Below are positions 25,810 through 38,948 of a stretch of 64,000 bases of DNA, piece by piece. Positions within the stretch are counted from its first letter, which is position 1; every line of letters starts with the position of its first letter. The DNA lies in the NCBI RefSeq assembly GCF_006345805.1, contig NC_042997.1, positions 12,524,001-12,588,000 of the forward strand, in the 5' to 3' direction. Source of the stretch: Octopus sinensis (taxonomy: Eukaryota). The translations under genes were made by a program, and so were the position numbers. The notes under the pieces were generated by a model that ran no database searches, was not told the origin of the DNA, and worked only from the letters and a program-made list of their open reading frames with translations.

Positions 25810-26170
25810 TTTCTCCAGCTTTTTTGAATAACCCCCGATCAGAGAGATCAGAAGTAACAGTAAGCAAGTTTTGCTGTCCGGAAAGAAATCGACTGCAGGG
25901 AAGCACAACTGGTAGCAGGTTAAAGTGCTTCAAATACATGACTTCAAATACATGAAGTTTATTCAGAACGACCACAGTAATCTATACTATTTGTACAAAG
26001 GTTTAACACCTCTTAGTTATGAAGGTGGTGCACGAAATATAACAGAACGAATTAGTATCACAAACCGTTTCAAAGAACATTTCGAAGTCTTGCTTAATCT
26101 TGATTTTGCAGCTAACGGATGATCTCGAAACAACATTATACACAGGCCAAAGATGACCAGCTAAACCGCA
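25810..26170 (+). mobile_element. RTE-clade LINE remnant (linker region between endonuclease and RT)
   Basis: ...PLSYEGGARNITERISITNRFKEHFEVLLN resembles the RTE-clade PL.S.DG..L+TDK..IL.RW.EHF..LLN motif. Upstream frames are broken by stops and shifts. Confidence 0.55.
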
Positions 26171-26899
26171 CTTATGATACTGTAAAAAGATATAAAAGAT
26201 AATACCCCCACCACTAATGCCGACTCCTCGGCGATTCTAGTTGAGAAAAGCTATAACAAAGCAACAAGCATTGTTTGTTAGTCTTGAAGCTAAAAGAAAC
26301 AGCAAGGGAGCGAAATGATGTAATGCGTTATTACTATTATACATAAAGAAGACGAATGAGTCTGTGGTGTTTCCAAAATCATTTTGAAGATTTCTGGTTA
26401 GAGACTTACTTCACCAACTCAACTCATTATCAAAGAATCACCTCCCTGAATCTCAATCTAGTTTTTGATATTTGAGAAACACTATTACTATATTCGTTCG
26501 TCAGATACAGAAGAAATCCTGAATAATCGTTGTACATTTACTTCTTTTGTCCTCACCTTGCTTTGCACATTTGTTCTGTAACTTGTGAAGCTATACGGTA
26601 AGTTCGAGCCAAATTTATCTGCTTACAAAAATTACTGATTTACTCGTATGACGCAAATGAGAACAGGAGTCTAATAGTCATTAACCACGAAACATGCAGC
26701 AAGCTAGAATCTTGTTCAACTGTTCTGTCCATGGACTAATACATGTTAACAAACACACACGTACGTACACAGATATATTGAGTGAAACAAGTAAAAGATA
26801 CATATTACACTTATATGCATTACGCATTTACATATATAATATTCATGCACTTATATATACACAAATATAACACCTACCTCTTAAATACATATATATATC

Positions 26900-26969
<70 letters not shown>

Positions 26970-27584
26970 GAATAAGAGGGAGAGAGGGTGGAAACAAAGT
27001 AACACAGAAACAGATTCCAACCTAAAAGATACATTTTGGATAAGTGTATCACATTTTCACTCACTCACTCTCTCTTTCTGTGCATGTATGAATGTGTTTT
27101 TTGTGAGGGTACATAGGATAGATTGTGATAAACTGCTTTACTAAATACTAATATCAACGAATCTTTTCTCAAACTGTCTTAAACATTTCGATGAAGGATA
27201 TAAGATGTCACATATATTTAACAATATAAGAATAACTTTATGTTCACTAACGCCATCTACTCATTTAACACTAAGTAGTCCAATCCCCATCAGAGTATGT
27301 AACATTTCATTGCCTACATAGTAGTGGATGTTCCAATTCTCATCTCGTGAGAAGCACCGTTTGTCGGTGACACTTTCTGCTTGTCCAAGCGAATTTCAGT
27401 CCTAACTGAATTGGTCTATGATCAACAGTATATCAGCTGTGACTAAATCATCGATTTTTCTGCTAAGATGATAGGAAGTGATTTGAGGGAAATTTTATTG
27501 TTTTTCATCATCACCATCACCAATGCAAAATTACTTTACGAATAAAGGTCTAAACAAATACAATATAACTATCTATGTAGAACT

Positions 27585-27752
27585 ATAGGCGCAGGAGTGG
27601 CTGTGTGGTAAGTAGCTTGCTAACCAACCTCATGTTCCGGGTTCAGTCCCACTGCGTGGCATCTTGGACAAGTGTCTTCTGCTATAGCCCCGGGCCGACC
27701 AATGCCTTGTGAGTGGATTTGGTAGACGGAAACTGAAAGAAGTCTGTCGTAT
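27585..27752 (+). mobile_element. SINE family C, head/core part only
   Basis: ATAGGCGCAGGAGTGGCTGTGTGGTAAGTAGCTTGC...GGGTTCAGTCCCACTGCGTGGCATCTTGGACAAGTG...GAAACTGAAAGAAGTCTGTCG, ending in (TA)n. Confidence 0.88.
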
Positions 27753-27969
27753 ATATATGTATATACACACACACACAAAACAATCGACCCCATTGAAGAT
27801 GATGAGGTGGGGGTAAGAGATCGGTGTGAAAGATGGGTTTGCGGTAGGGGTATTATGCGAATATAATGATCGTGTCGCGGCGACACAATAGGAATAAATA
27901 GATAGATAATTAGATAAATGGATGAGTGTATAGAGAGATAGACGAACAGGTAGCTAGGTAACTCGATAA

Positions 27970-27989
27970 ATATATAAATAATTTTAGAT

Positions 27990-28080
<91 letters not shown>

Positions 28081-28168
28081 TATAGATAGATAGATAGATA
28101 GACAGATAGATAGATAGATAGATATACAGATAGATAGACAGACAAGTAGGTAGCCTGACAGTTAAACT

Positions 28169-28215
<47 letters not shown>

Positions 28216-28390
28216 TGATAAATGGATAGATAAATAAATAGGTATATAAATAGATAGATAGGGATAAATAGATAGATAGATAGATAGATAGATAGACAAG
28301 TAGATAACCTGAGAGATAAACTAATAGATAGATAGATAGGTAGATAGATAAATGGATAGATAGTTAGATAGATAGGTAAATAGATAGTTA
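27970..28390. repeat. Large degenerate (GATA)n tetranucleotide array
   Basis: Direct reading: perfect core 27990-28080, decaying flanks. Confidence 0.95.
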
Positions 28391-28873
28391 GACTTGATAA
28401 ATAGCGTGTGAAAATAGCTGGACTCTTGCGTTAAAGGTTATTTGTAACTGTTGTTTCTAGCATATCTAGTAACTATATAATGGAATGATACAGAAATTTC
28501 TCATGAGTGTGTATGTGTGTGTATGTGTAAGTGTGTGTATGTGTGCTTAAGTGTATATATATGTGTGTGTATGTGTGAATGTGTGTGTGTGTGGGGGGGG
28601 CGTGTGCATGTGCGTGTGCGTGAGTGGCAGTGGGTCTAAGTGGTACTACATGCAGAGGTTACAGAGGTCAAATATCATTATCGTCCCAGATCAACAATGG
28701 CCCGGCATATTTATGATCAAAAGCAATCCAGCTTTGAATGCCCATTATTTAATTTTGCAATGTAGTATAAGTGAGATTTGACTGCTGTTCCATGTAGGTC
28801 GAGCAACGAGACTGAGACACCAGAAGACATATATTATGAATACAGAAAGCGTATATATATATATATATGCATA

Positions 28874-29083
28874 TTCTTTTACTTGTTTTAGTCATGTGAC
28901 TTCAGCCATCTTGGAGCACCGCCTTAAAGGGTTTTTAGTCGAACAAATTGACCCCAGGATTTATTCTTTGTAAGCTTAGTACTTACTCTATTGAATTCTT
29001 TTGCCGAACCGCTAAGTTACGTGGGCGTAAACATACCAATATCGGCTGTAAGTGATGGTGGGGGTACAAACACACACACGCAA

Positions 29084-29139
<56 letters not shown>

Positions 29140-29492
29140 ACAAGACAGGTTTCTTTAACTTTCCGTCTACCAAATCCACAAATCGATCCCAAGACTTATG
29201 CTTTGTAAGCCTAGTACTTATCCTATCGGTTCTTTTTTGCCGAACCGCTAAGTAACGGAGACGTAAACACACCAGCATCGGTTGCTAAGTGATGTTGGGG
29301 GGGGGACAGACACAGGCACACAAGCATATATATATATACGATGGGCTCCTTTCAGTTTCCGTCCACCAAATTCACTCACAAGGCTTTGGTCGGCTCAAGG
29401 CTATAGCAAAAGACACTTGCCTAAGCTGCCACGCGATGGGACTGAACCCGGAACCATGCGGTTGGTAAGAAAGCTACTTACCACACAGCCAC
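28874..29492 (-). mobile_element. SINE family C, rearranged copy with duplicated 3' and core segments
   Basis: Two CCGAACCGCTAAGT...ACACCA modules (~29003 and ~29240) and two TTCCGTC(T/C)ACCAAAT modules (~29161 and ~29357); head at 29492. Confidence 0.8.
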
Positions 29493-29796
29493 AGCTTGAT
29501 ATAACACTAACTTGCATTGGCGTCGGTAAACAATAGGTGTTTTGTTGACTTATATCAGGCACGACCATTCACTTTGATAACATACGCACGCAACGCGCGC
29601 GCACACACACACGCACACACATCGGTAAAACTCACAGATTAGTAACATAATTTCCGTTGTATTCAAAGAGTATGGTACAAAAACCAGCACATGTAAGAAT
29701 GTGTGTCAGTTGGTATTCATACAAACAAACAAGCATATATACACACACATTCACATACACACATAAGATATTGTAGATACGTATATACATGTATTT

Positions 29797-29870
<74 letters not shown>

Positions 29871-30139
29871 ATGTATGTATATATATATATATACCCACAA
29901 TATGTGAATGTGTATCAATCGCGCCTGAAAAGGATAGAAAGGAAGGAGTAGGGAAGAGCATAAAGAGAGAGAGAGAGAGAATGCCAGAGAGTGAGAAAGA
30001 GAGTAGAGAGAGAGAGAGGCAGAGAGAGAGAGAGAGAATGCCAGAGAGTGAGAGAGAAAGAGACTAGAGAGAGAGAGAGGGGGAGAGAGAGAGAGAGAAT
30101 GCCAGAGAGGGAGAGAGAAAGAGAGTAGAGAGAGAGGGA

Positions 30140-30198
<59 letters not shown>

Positions 30199-30581
30199 AG
30201 AGAGGGAAAAAGAAAGACAAAACTGAAAGAAAGATTAGAAAAGAAAGTAAAAAAAAAAATGCTGAAATAATGAAGGTATAATAAGGTCCGAAAAAAACTG
30301 ATGCAAGATTTCTAGTTTACTTTCTGTGCATGCAAAAAAAAAAAAAAGTACTCAGAATGTGTCATTGTAAGAGTACATATTAGCACGAACGTTTATTGTT
30401 TACATTTCCAATTGTGTAAGAGTCCAAATACAACGAGAAAATCCTTTTGAAAATGCATTTACGTTATTTATGAATTGTACAACCGTGAATGACTGGAATA
30501 AGACGAATTTTTAAGATTATTTATTTATTTATTTATTTATTTATGTACACGTACACATATACTGTGTATGTATGTGTGTGT

Positions 30582-30623
<42 letters not shown>

Positions 30624-30746
30624 ATATATGTGTACGCACACACATATCGCACACATGTGCGTATATAGAGACGGAGGAGAGAAAGAGATAGAACTGCAAC
30701 GAGAGGGAGGCACTAACAGACAAACAGGAATGCAAGATGTGGGCGT

Positions 30747-30814
<68 letters not shown>

Positions 30815-32793
30815 TATATGAAAGAATGGAGTTGAACGACTAGTTAACAAATATCCTTTATTCTCGACATATGTTTCGAAGGCTGCATATTCCTAGTTCT
30901 TTCTGATGTGAATTTGCTACCCAGGTATCGGTTATCTGGCAGAACCGAGAGCACGTCGGGAAAAGTGCTTAGTGGCAATTCGTCCGTCTTTAGGTTCTGA
31001 GTTCAAATTCCGCCAACTTCTCCTATCATTACTTCGGGGTCGATAAAATAAGTACCAATTGAGCATTGGGATCGATGAAATCGATTGACCCCTTCCTCTC
31101 CATCTGGTGACCTAGTGCCAAAAATTTTAAACCTATATATATATATGTGCGTGTGTGTGTGTGTGTGTATGTGTGTGTATATAATGACCAACACCTATCT
31201 AATATACACACACATACACACATGCATATACATGTGTCGGGCGTGCGCGCGCGTGTGAGATGTCCCTAATGTAGGAAGAATTTTAGCAGTTTTGTTCTGA
31301 GTGCGAAAGGCCGGCCGGTTCTATCGACCTAGTATTTGACCTATACTTCTGTTTATCGACTCTGGAGTGATGAAAGGCAAGGCTGACCCCAATGGAATTT
31401 AAACTAACATTGTGATATTTCTGGTAGGAATATCGCAACGCAATTTATTCCAAGCCCGTAACTTATTTTATCAATCGCAAAAATGAGAAAGTCAATTTAA
31501 AATACTCGGCGTTATTTTATCTGTCAAGCTACTAATTACGTGAAGAACTACCCAGAGAAACTGCTGCTCATCAAAAGACTGCACTGCATAGATTATTGAA
31601 AGTCGTGAGGGTGTCAAGCTAGTAGAATTATTTACATGCCAAATAAAGTGCTTCAACGCATACCTTTTGGCTTGCTGTTTTGAGTTCATATTCAATCGAA
31701 GTCAATACAATAAGAGTCATTTTAACACATCTAGCTTCATCAGCACAAAAATTTTAGGCCTTCTGCTTATAACAGAAAGATGTATGTATTTGCAGCCCTC
31801 TGCTTTCTGCGGTCAATATCTCACCAAGATAGACTATAGCTTTCGTGATTCCAATATCAATAAATTATAAAGTAGTGCTACATTGTGGGGAGGGGTTAAT
31901 TTCACCAGCTTTGTCCAAAGAAAAGACAATAATAATAATAAATATAAAAAAGATGTCCGTTAATCGAGTCGGAGCTACTTATAAAACCAATTGCTTGATT
32001 GTTATTTGGAGCGGAAGTTAAGAGCTTAGAAGACAGGAAGTTAAAAGCTTTATTAGAGGGTGAGTGACAGTTAACTGTGTGTGAAAACTGGGACACAATG
32101 AATACGCTTCGATGAGTATAAATTTGAAAGCATAGTATTATAAGAATAATAAAAAATAATAATAACAATAATTACAGAAATGTATAGTTGCGTAGACGTC
32201 TCAAGTGCTTAGATGAGTGGAACTAAAGCAATGGGAACGGAGTGAGTGGGGCATATAAAAGCGTAAGAGAAGACTGGAAGATGAAAAGAGGTCATTGGAA
32301 GTTAAATGTATTTGAAAGGGGAGCGTTAAGAGGGCAACAGAGGAACGAAGGTTAAAAATCTGCTAATAGGCGGAAGTTGAAATCTTTAGAAAAGCGGAAA
32401 TCCACTAAGGGAGTTAATTTTGACAATATTTGTGCTACATGAAATTAAATAGGGTTAGAATAATAGCTATTAAACGCAGGCATATTGGAATAATGAAACA
32501 TGTTCAGGTTTTTTTTTTCTGTTTTCCTTAAGTTTTACAACAGATATAAACTGTTAAATTTTAGAGAAAGATACTAAATGTACTGGATATCTGCATTACG
32601 AATGGAATTGGAACTAATTCTTGAGCACTAATTCTTTTAATCACTAAACGAAAACCAAGCACTAAAGGGTATTAATACACTATTAAACTTTTGCATACGG
32701 TTTTCAAATGGTCACTCCTTACTATGTATGTGTGTGTGTCTGGGAGAAAGTGAGCGAGAGAGAGAGAAAGAAAGAGAGAGAGAAGAGAGAAGG

Positions 32794-32858
<65 letters not shown>

Positions 32859-34003
32859 CAGACAACTGACAGATAAGCTGACAAACAGCCTTTACTTCAA
32901 AAGTGTGACTACCGGGCTATTACTCTCATTTTAACAGTGATTTTCAGTCAATATGAACTTCGATGTTATCAGGCACCTTATTTCTTGATATGCACAAGTC
33001 ACAGAATATATTCATTCTAGGAAACTTAATTTCTGGTCTATGACGAGAGATATACTTAATCCGGCTTACATGAGGCTAAGCAAAGGTAAAAGATATAGAA
33101 CGTAGTTGATCGAATATGTAAATGTACTGGATGTTTTATAGTTTGAAATGTAGAGGTGTGAGACATTCAATGTTTCATATGTTGACATCAAACGTAAGAA
33201 CATGCTGACAAATGTTTGAGGCACAGCATCGCAATTCCATAAATCGGTGACAGAAGTTGACTGTTTATGTAACAATGACGGAAAGCTAAATGTTGAGTAT
33301 CATGGAGCGATTTGAACTGTGAATTTAAAAGGAGATAACTAAATACAGTCTCGACTACGTTTGACATAATGGTTTTAAATATCAGTAAAAAAGTGAAGCG
33401 TCACTATAGATGCCCTGACAATAGGCTAAGCACCATGGAAGTGCACCACACACACACACAGAAACACACACACGCACACATACACACACAGCAATTACTG
33501 ATATGTCTTGTCTTCTCTATTTTCAAAGCTTTGCTGGACTTTTTTTTTTTTTGTATTTGAATCACTTCTGACTCCCTAACTGGGGGAGATTCTCTGAAAC
33601 TTAAGTAATCCTTGGATTATGTTAATACGATCAAACGTAAGCTTCAACCATCATTGGATTATATCGTTTAATAATTTAGACTCGATTAAGATATTTTAAA
33701 CCATATTTAGTAGTAGTGTTAGTAGTAACGGCAGCAGTAGTAGTTGTAGAAATAGTAATAGTAATTGTAGCTTTTTTTTTTTATTAACTATCATTATTCT
33801 TGATGACACCAGTAAATCGTGTTATTTGCACGCAGTTATGGGACGTACGTGGAATAATTACATCTTGACATCGGGTTAGATAGTTATGAAGCTTCTAAAA
33901 TACGATCACACACGTATACCCCACCACACACACACACATATATATATGCATATGTGTGTGTGCGTGTGTTGTGTGCGAGTATACATGCATCAATATATTT
34001 TCG

Positions 34004-34080
<77 letters not shown>

Positions 34081-34082
34081 CT

Positions 34083-34140
<58 letters not shown>

Positions 34141-34155
34141 CTGATAGATAGATAA

Positions 34156-34216
<61 letters not shown>

Positions 34217-34613
34217 CAGATAGATAGATAGATAGAAAGGCTAAGTAGATAGATAGATAAATACACAGGTAGATAAGTATACAAATAGATAGATGCATGC
34301 ACACATAGATTGATAAACAGATAGGTACACACCTACAGGCATACATCTGGTGAATATATTCCAGACCATGTTTTATCTGTTTTGTCTGAAGCTTATGTCC
34401 TTTTAATTAACTGTTCAGCTAATAATTTACTAGATTGCTATCGCTGTTGATTCGTGATCTCTAGCGGCGGATATACATACATAGACATATACGAATACAC
34501 ACTTACATATAGAAATATATATCGGGTACGTACGTACACACTCATGCAAGCTCACACGTATATAAGTGAGGCGGTGCGTGTGCATGTGTGTATATATATA
34601 TTTTTTGTTTCAG

Positions 34614-34849
34614 GATCGATTACATAAACACCTATTTGTGCGAAAACATCGACTGGGCTTATCCTCAAAGAAGTGGGTTCANNNNNNNNNNNNNNNNNNN
34701 NNNNNNNNNNNNNNNNNNNNNNNNNNNNNNNNNNNNNNNNNNNNNNNNNNNNNNNNNNNNNNNNNNNNNNNNNNNNNNNNNTTGCATTCGTACCATCTTT
34801 CATGCAAAATCCAGTTGCGACGCTTCTTCTACACAAGAAGTTGAGTTAC
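34614..34849 (+). CDS. Candidate internal coding exon interrupted by the N gap (product unidentified, strand not certain)
   Basis: Strong acceptor TTTTTTTGTTTCAG|G at 34613/34614 and possible donor TAC|GTAACT at 34849/34850. Non-repetitive sequence. With the Ns removed, two + frames stay open, e.g. IDYINTYLCENIDWAYPQRSGFIAFVPSFMQNPVATLLLHKKLSY. Confidence 0.3.
34682..34781. other. Assembly gap, 100 N (conventional unknown-size gap)
   Basis: Direct reading. Confidence 0.99.
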
Positions 34850-34872
34850 GTAACTTTAGTTAATAAGTTTGA

Positions 34873-35042
34873 GAGCAGGCGTAGCTATTTGGTAAGAAGC
34901 TTCCTTCCCAACCACATGATTCCGGGTTCAGTCCTACTGCATGGCACCTTGGGCAAGAGTCATCTACTATTGCCTCGGGTCGACCAAAGCCTTGAGAATG
35001 GATTTGGTAGACAGGAACTGAAAGAAACACGTCATATATATA

Positions 35043-35091
<49 letters not shown>

Positions 35092-35340
35092 GTGTGTGTT
35101 GTGTGTGTGTGTGTGCGTGTGTGTGTGTGTATGTGTATGTATATGTGTGTGTGTTTGTATCCCGCTATCGCTTGCCAACCGCTATACTGTTTACGTCCCT
35201 GAAACTTGCGATTCGGCAAAAGAGGCCAATAGAATAGGTACTAGGTTTACAAAGAATGTCCTAGGATCGATCACTTCAACTGATGTGGTGCTCCCACATG
35301 GTCACAGTCAAATGACTGAAACAGGTAAAAGAATAAAGAA
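34873..35340 (+). mobile_element. SINE family C, bipartite copy with expanded internal (TA)n(TG)n
   Basis: GGGTTCAGTCCTACTGCATGGCACCTTGGGCAAGAG core; microsatellite 35035-35155; tail GGTGCTCCCACATGGTCACAGTCAAATGACTGAAACAGGTAAAAGA. Confidence 0.85.
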
Positions 35341-35679
35341 TAAACTATGTTGATCACAATGTAATCTGTGAAAGTTTTGGCTTCTTTTAAAAACCAAAGA
35401 TGGTATAAGGTCTTACCATTGAGCTAAACATTAAGAAGTTTACTCATGGATTGTGCTAGCACGCGTGAAAATCGTTGAGAAATCATCCACGCTCGTGCCT
35501 ATACATACATACTATCACAGACGCATATATATGCATATATATATATATACGTATGCGTGGTGTGTCTGCGTGAGTATGTATATGTTTATATATAAATGAA
35601 TATAAATATATTGTTATAAACACACACATATCGCTTTGGGTCCTTGGTGTGGTTTTAATCTGTACCCGGTATTGGTGCC

Positions 35680-36130
35680 TTGGATTTCTAGAGTTTCGAG
35701 GAGTGTGGAATCTTTTCTCAGCTGCCATTGTTCCCATGCTTACTCTGAGACCTCGTAGTGGTATGTTATGCAAGAAACTTCAAACACAAACCCTCATTGC
35801 CTTCAGAGAACCTTAGAGCAGGAAAATGAAGTCAACATCGACATCAAATCAAGGTATGGAGTACCTCAAGGCATTCTGGTGCCCTCTTTGGCACTCTTTG
35901 ACACTACAGGGTAATGGGGCTCTCCATCCCTGCAAACCATTCATCTAGGAAAATGATGCTTCAATGTAAAACCTATGACCAGCTGGTCACGGTCACCTCA
36001 GGTGTCTTAAACCGATGGGCCACTTTTTTCAAAGCTCCAAGTCTAAAGAGTGGGATCGGATCATGCGAAGTGACTCACACCTTGAAACGACTCAGTGAAG
36101 GAGGAAGGAACACCTTGCTGCGACAAGAAT
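35680..36130 (+). mobile_element. Probable heavily decayed LINE reverse-transcriptase fragment (L1/Tx1-like)
   Basis: LDF..F (RT motif LDF.KAFD) at 35680, YGVPQG (GVPQG motif) at 35855-35872 and TYDQLVTV (YADD-like) near 35970, in the expected order and spacing, with stops and frameshifts. Confidence 0.45.
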
Positions 36131-36846
36131 CAGTTTACTTCACCATTTAAGGGCGTGTCGCTTTTCTTCATAATCTCCGAACTCGAAGAAACTGCCAAAA
36201 ATTGCCTTGCAGTTCAATCGATGGAGTATTGAGATTAAGTAACCAAGGCAAATGAATCTAGTAAGGTTAGTCTTATCTCTCCCTCCCGATAGACAAACAA
36301 TGTAAAATGGACACATTCTACTAATTATATGAACTAATTATATTAATATATAGATTTGGCAGCAGGAAAATCTTAAACTTAAAACTATTTTGTACGGATT
36401 TTTATGAGAAAATATGTGAAAAATAGGAACGCAAAATTTATTTGAAATAACTCTCCCTACAGATGTTTTTTTGGGGGGCTAATGTATCAAAGCAATAATT
36501 TCTAATAAAGAAATATCATTATTTGTATAAAACAAAGCAATTTCTATTCCATTGATTTTTGTATCTGACCTTAAAATAAATTGAAGTTGAAAGGACACAA
36601 AATGATGTAAGTTGTTACCGCATCGTTACTATTTACTCTTTATAAAAATTTCTTTTTCATTTATTGCATATTTCTTGTTATTTCCAATTTGATTGAAATG
36701 AGACTTGTAGACTAATACACATTTGTACCATGTTGTATTAAACTAATATAAGTAGTATGGTTCAAATCTAAGGAAAACAGATACAGACAGGTGAGGGAAC
36801 AACAGGGGAAGTATATTTAACGCTCAGAAAAAGTGGAACATTCTTT

Positions 36847-36874
36847 GACGTTTCAAGCCAACGCTCTTCAACAG
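36847..36874 (-). ncRNA. Hammerhead-like motif with CUGUUGA core
   Basis: rc: CCTTT-CTGTTGA-A-GAGC-GTTG-GCTT-GAAAC-GTC-AAAG. Confidence 0.55.
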
Positions 36875-37799
36875 AAAGGAATGAGGAAAGAAAACGGAGA
36901 GGAAAGAAAACGAAGAGAGAAGGAAATGGAGAGAAAAAATAATATTTATAGCAATTTAATTATATCATATATGTATAGTTAATTTAGATATCTACTCATT
37001 AATTTTGTTACAATAAAATAATTTATTTAATATGAAATTCAAGAACTTACTTGTTACTTCAAGATATACAGAAAGTTAAAATAAATAAACATATTCATTT
37101 AAAATTGGAAGGAAGACAGTACACTCTGATAACTAACATATATTTCACATTTCAGCGGCGTTATATTATGCTCAGTAATACTCGTGACAATTTTCTTTCA
37201 GCTCTAAATAGTTTATAATCTTAAAAGCTTCACCAAGGCAACAGACTATCACATACCTCTACAGGTATACATTGCCATTGAGCTGTCTTTAACTCACAAG
37301 AGAGCGAATCATTGTTGCTGCGCCATATGACGGTTGCCACATTCTAATTTAAGAAAAAAATATTTTATACATTTCTTTGCATTTCCAAGAAGAAATAAAC
37401 AGCCTAACATAAAATTAATAGTAATATTTCATTGAGCAATGTAGCTAGTTAGACAATCTCTATAAGAGACGGAAATAGTAACTGTACTGAGATATAATGT
37501 TTAACGCCACATCAATATGGCTGCTGTCCGACGTTGTTTGTTCCTTCTTGAGCCATACCTGGCTCATAAGGGTCGACTTCCCGGTTTCATTGGCGTATAA
37601 CACAAAGGATAATTAGCATTATTATTAGGGTGGCGAGCTGGCAGATATTTAGCACGCCGTTCAAATTTCACCGAGAAAGACTTCGCCTTTCAAGGATGAC
37701 AACGTGAATACCAGTCAAGCACTGGGGTCCATGTAAACGACTGGCTACCCCATCAAATAATTTCAGGCCTTGTGTCTATAATAGAAAGAATTTTTTTTT

Positions 37800-37800
37800 A

Positions 37801-37840
<40 letters not shown>

Positions 37841-37882
37841 ATTATTATTATTATTATTTATTATTATTATTATATTATTATT

Positions 37883-37947
<65 letters not shown>

Positions 37948-37972
37948 CATTATTATTATTATTATTATTATT
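37800..37972. repeat. Long (TTA)n microsatellite between two family M SINE copies
   Basis: Direct reading; M-type sequence at ~37625-37790 and 37973-38185. Confidence 0.95.
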
Positions 37973-38185
37973 AAGGCGGTGAGCTGGCAGAATCTTTAGC
38001 ACGCCGGGCGAAATGCTTAGCGGTATTTCGTCTGTCGCTACGTTCTAAGTTCAAATTCCACCGAGGTCGACTTTGCCTTTCATCTTTTCGTGGTCGATAA
38101 GTTAAGTGCCATTTGAGTTCTGTGGTAGATGTGTACGACTGTCGCCCTCCATAAAAAAATTCAGGCCTTCTGCCATTAGTAGAAA
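37973..38185 (+). mobile_element. SINE family M, older-tail subfamily
   Basis: AAGGCGGTGAGCTGGCAGAATC...GAGGTCGACTTTGCCTTTCATC...AAATTCAGGCCTTCTGCCATTAGTAGAAAGGATTAT. Confidence 0.8.
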
Positions 38186-38299
38186 GGATTATAATTATAT
38201 TTCAGCTGCATTAGTACCGGGCATACTCCGGAAGCCAAGAGTAGCAAAGGCACTTTCGATTTGCTATCCATGCTAAAATTATCACCACATTTATTCCAT

Positions 38300-38686
38300 T
38301 TTAGACGGATAGTGCTTTCCGTAGTATATGGGCTGTACCCATCACGTAGACTGGAGTTACCAGGGAGTGGCTTAATATACGTCTCAGCTCCCTTCTTTAT
38401 CATTCCCAATGCACCAATTACTATTGTTATTATCGTAGTACTAAGCTTCCACATTTTTATGATCTCAGTTTGCAGATCTTTTTAGTGAGAAAGCTTTTCG
38501 TATTCCTTTCTTCAGACATTTTGATCTTGTGGAACAGACGTATCTATTAACAGACAAGTTCCTCAGTTGTAGTCCTTGATCACAATGTCTGGTCGACTGA
38601 AGTCAATTTTTCTGTCTGTATTGGGATGTTCCAAAGGATGGTGACGCCCTCGCCATTTACTACATCGTCTGGATGGTGCCTGTACC
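38300..38686 (-). mobile_element. Older R4/Dong-like RLE-domain fragment (diverged subfamily)
   Basis: rc reads YRHHPDDVVNGEGVTILWNIPIQT(fs)RKIDFSRPDIVIKDYN*GTCLLIDTSVPQDQNV*RKEYEKLSH*KDLQTEIIKMWKL...IVIGALGMIKKG, colinear with the 12256-12735 protein. Confidence 0.85.
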
Positions 38687-38808
38687 TTAATATTGTTATT
38701 GTTGTTGTTCTTCTATTTCTGCTTCTTCTTCTTCTTTTTCTTCTCTTCTTCTTCTTCTTCTTCTTTCTTCTTCTTCTTCTTCTTCTTCTTCTTATTATTA
38801 TTATTATT

Positions 38809-38840
<32 letters not shown>

Positions 38841-38878
38841 TCGCCTCCTCCTCCTCCTCCTCCTCCTCATTATTATTA

Positions 38879-38938
<60 letters not shown>

Positions 38939-38948
38939 TATTATTATT
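38687..38948. repeat. Compound trinucleotide array (GTT)(CTT)(ATT)(ATC)(CTC)(ATT)n
   Basis: Direct reading; abuts the 5' truncation point of the Dong-like fragment. Confidence 0.95.

Noticed and set aside
26504-26597. Strong donor ACG|GTAAGT with an upstream acceptor
   Set aside because: All three frames from the acceptor hit stops; could only be non-coding or a microexon and there is no support.
31640-31780. Minus-strand FCADEARCVKM resembling pogo/Tigger FNADETGL
   Set aside because: Flanking residues do not continue the DDE alignment and no TIRs were seen.
34615-34665. NIDWAYP resembling the GH18 chitinase DIDWEYP motif; WYECNE...ISPVDV resembling a USP His-box tail on the minus strand
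   Set aside because: Short motif resemblances with wrong spacing or context downstream; not enough to name a product.
34673-35353. 226-aa ORF
   Set aside because: Runs through Ns, a SINE and microsatellites; only the first ~70 nt after the gap may be coding.
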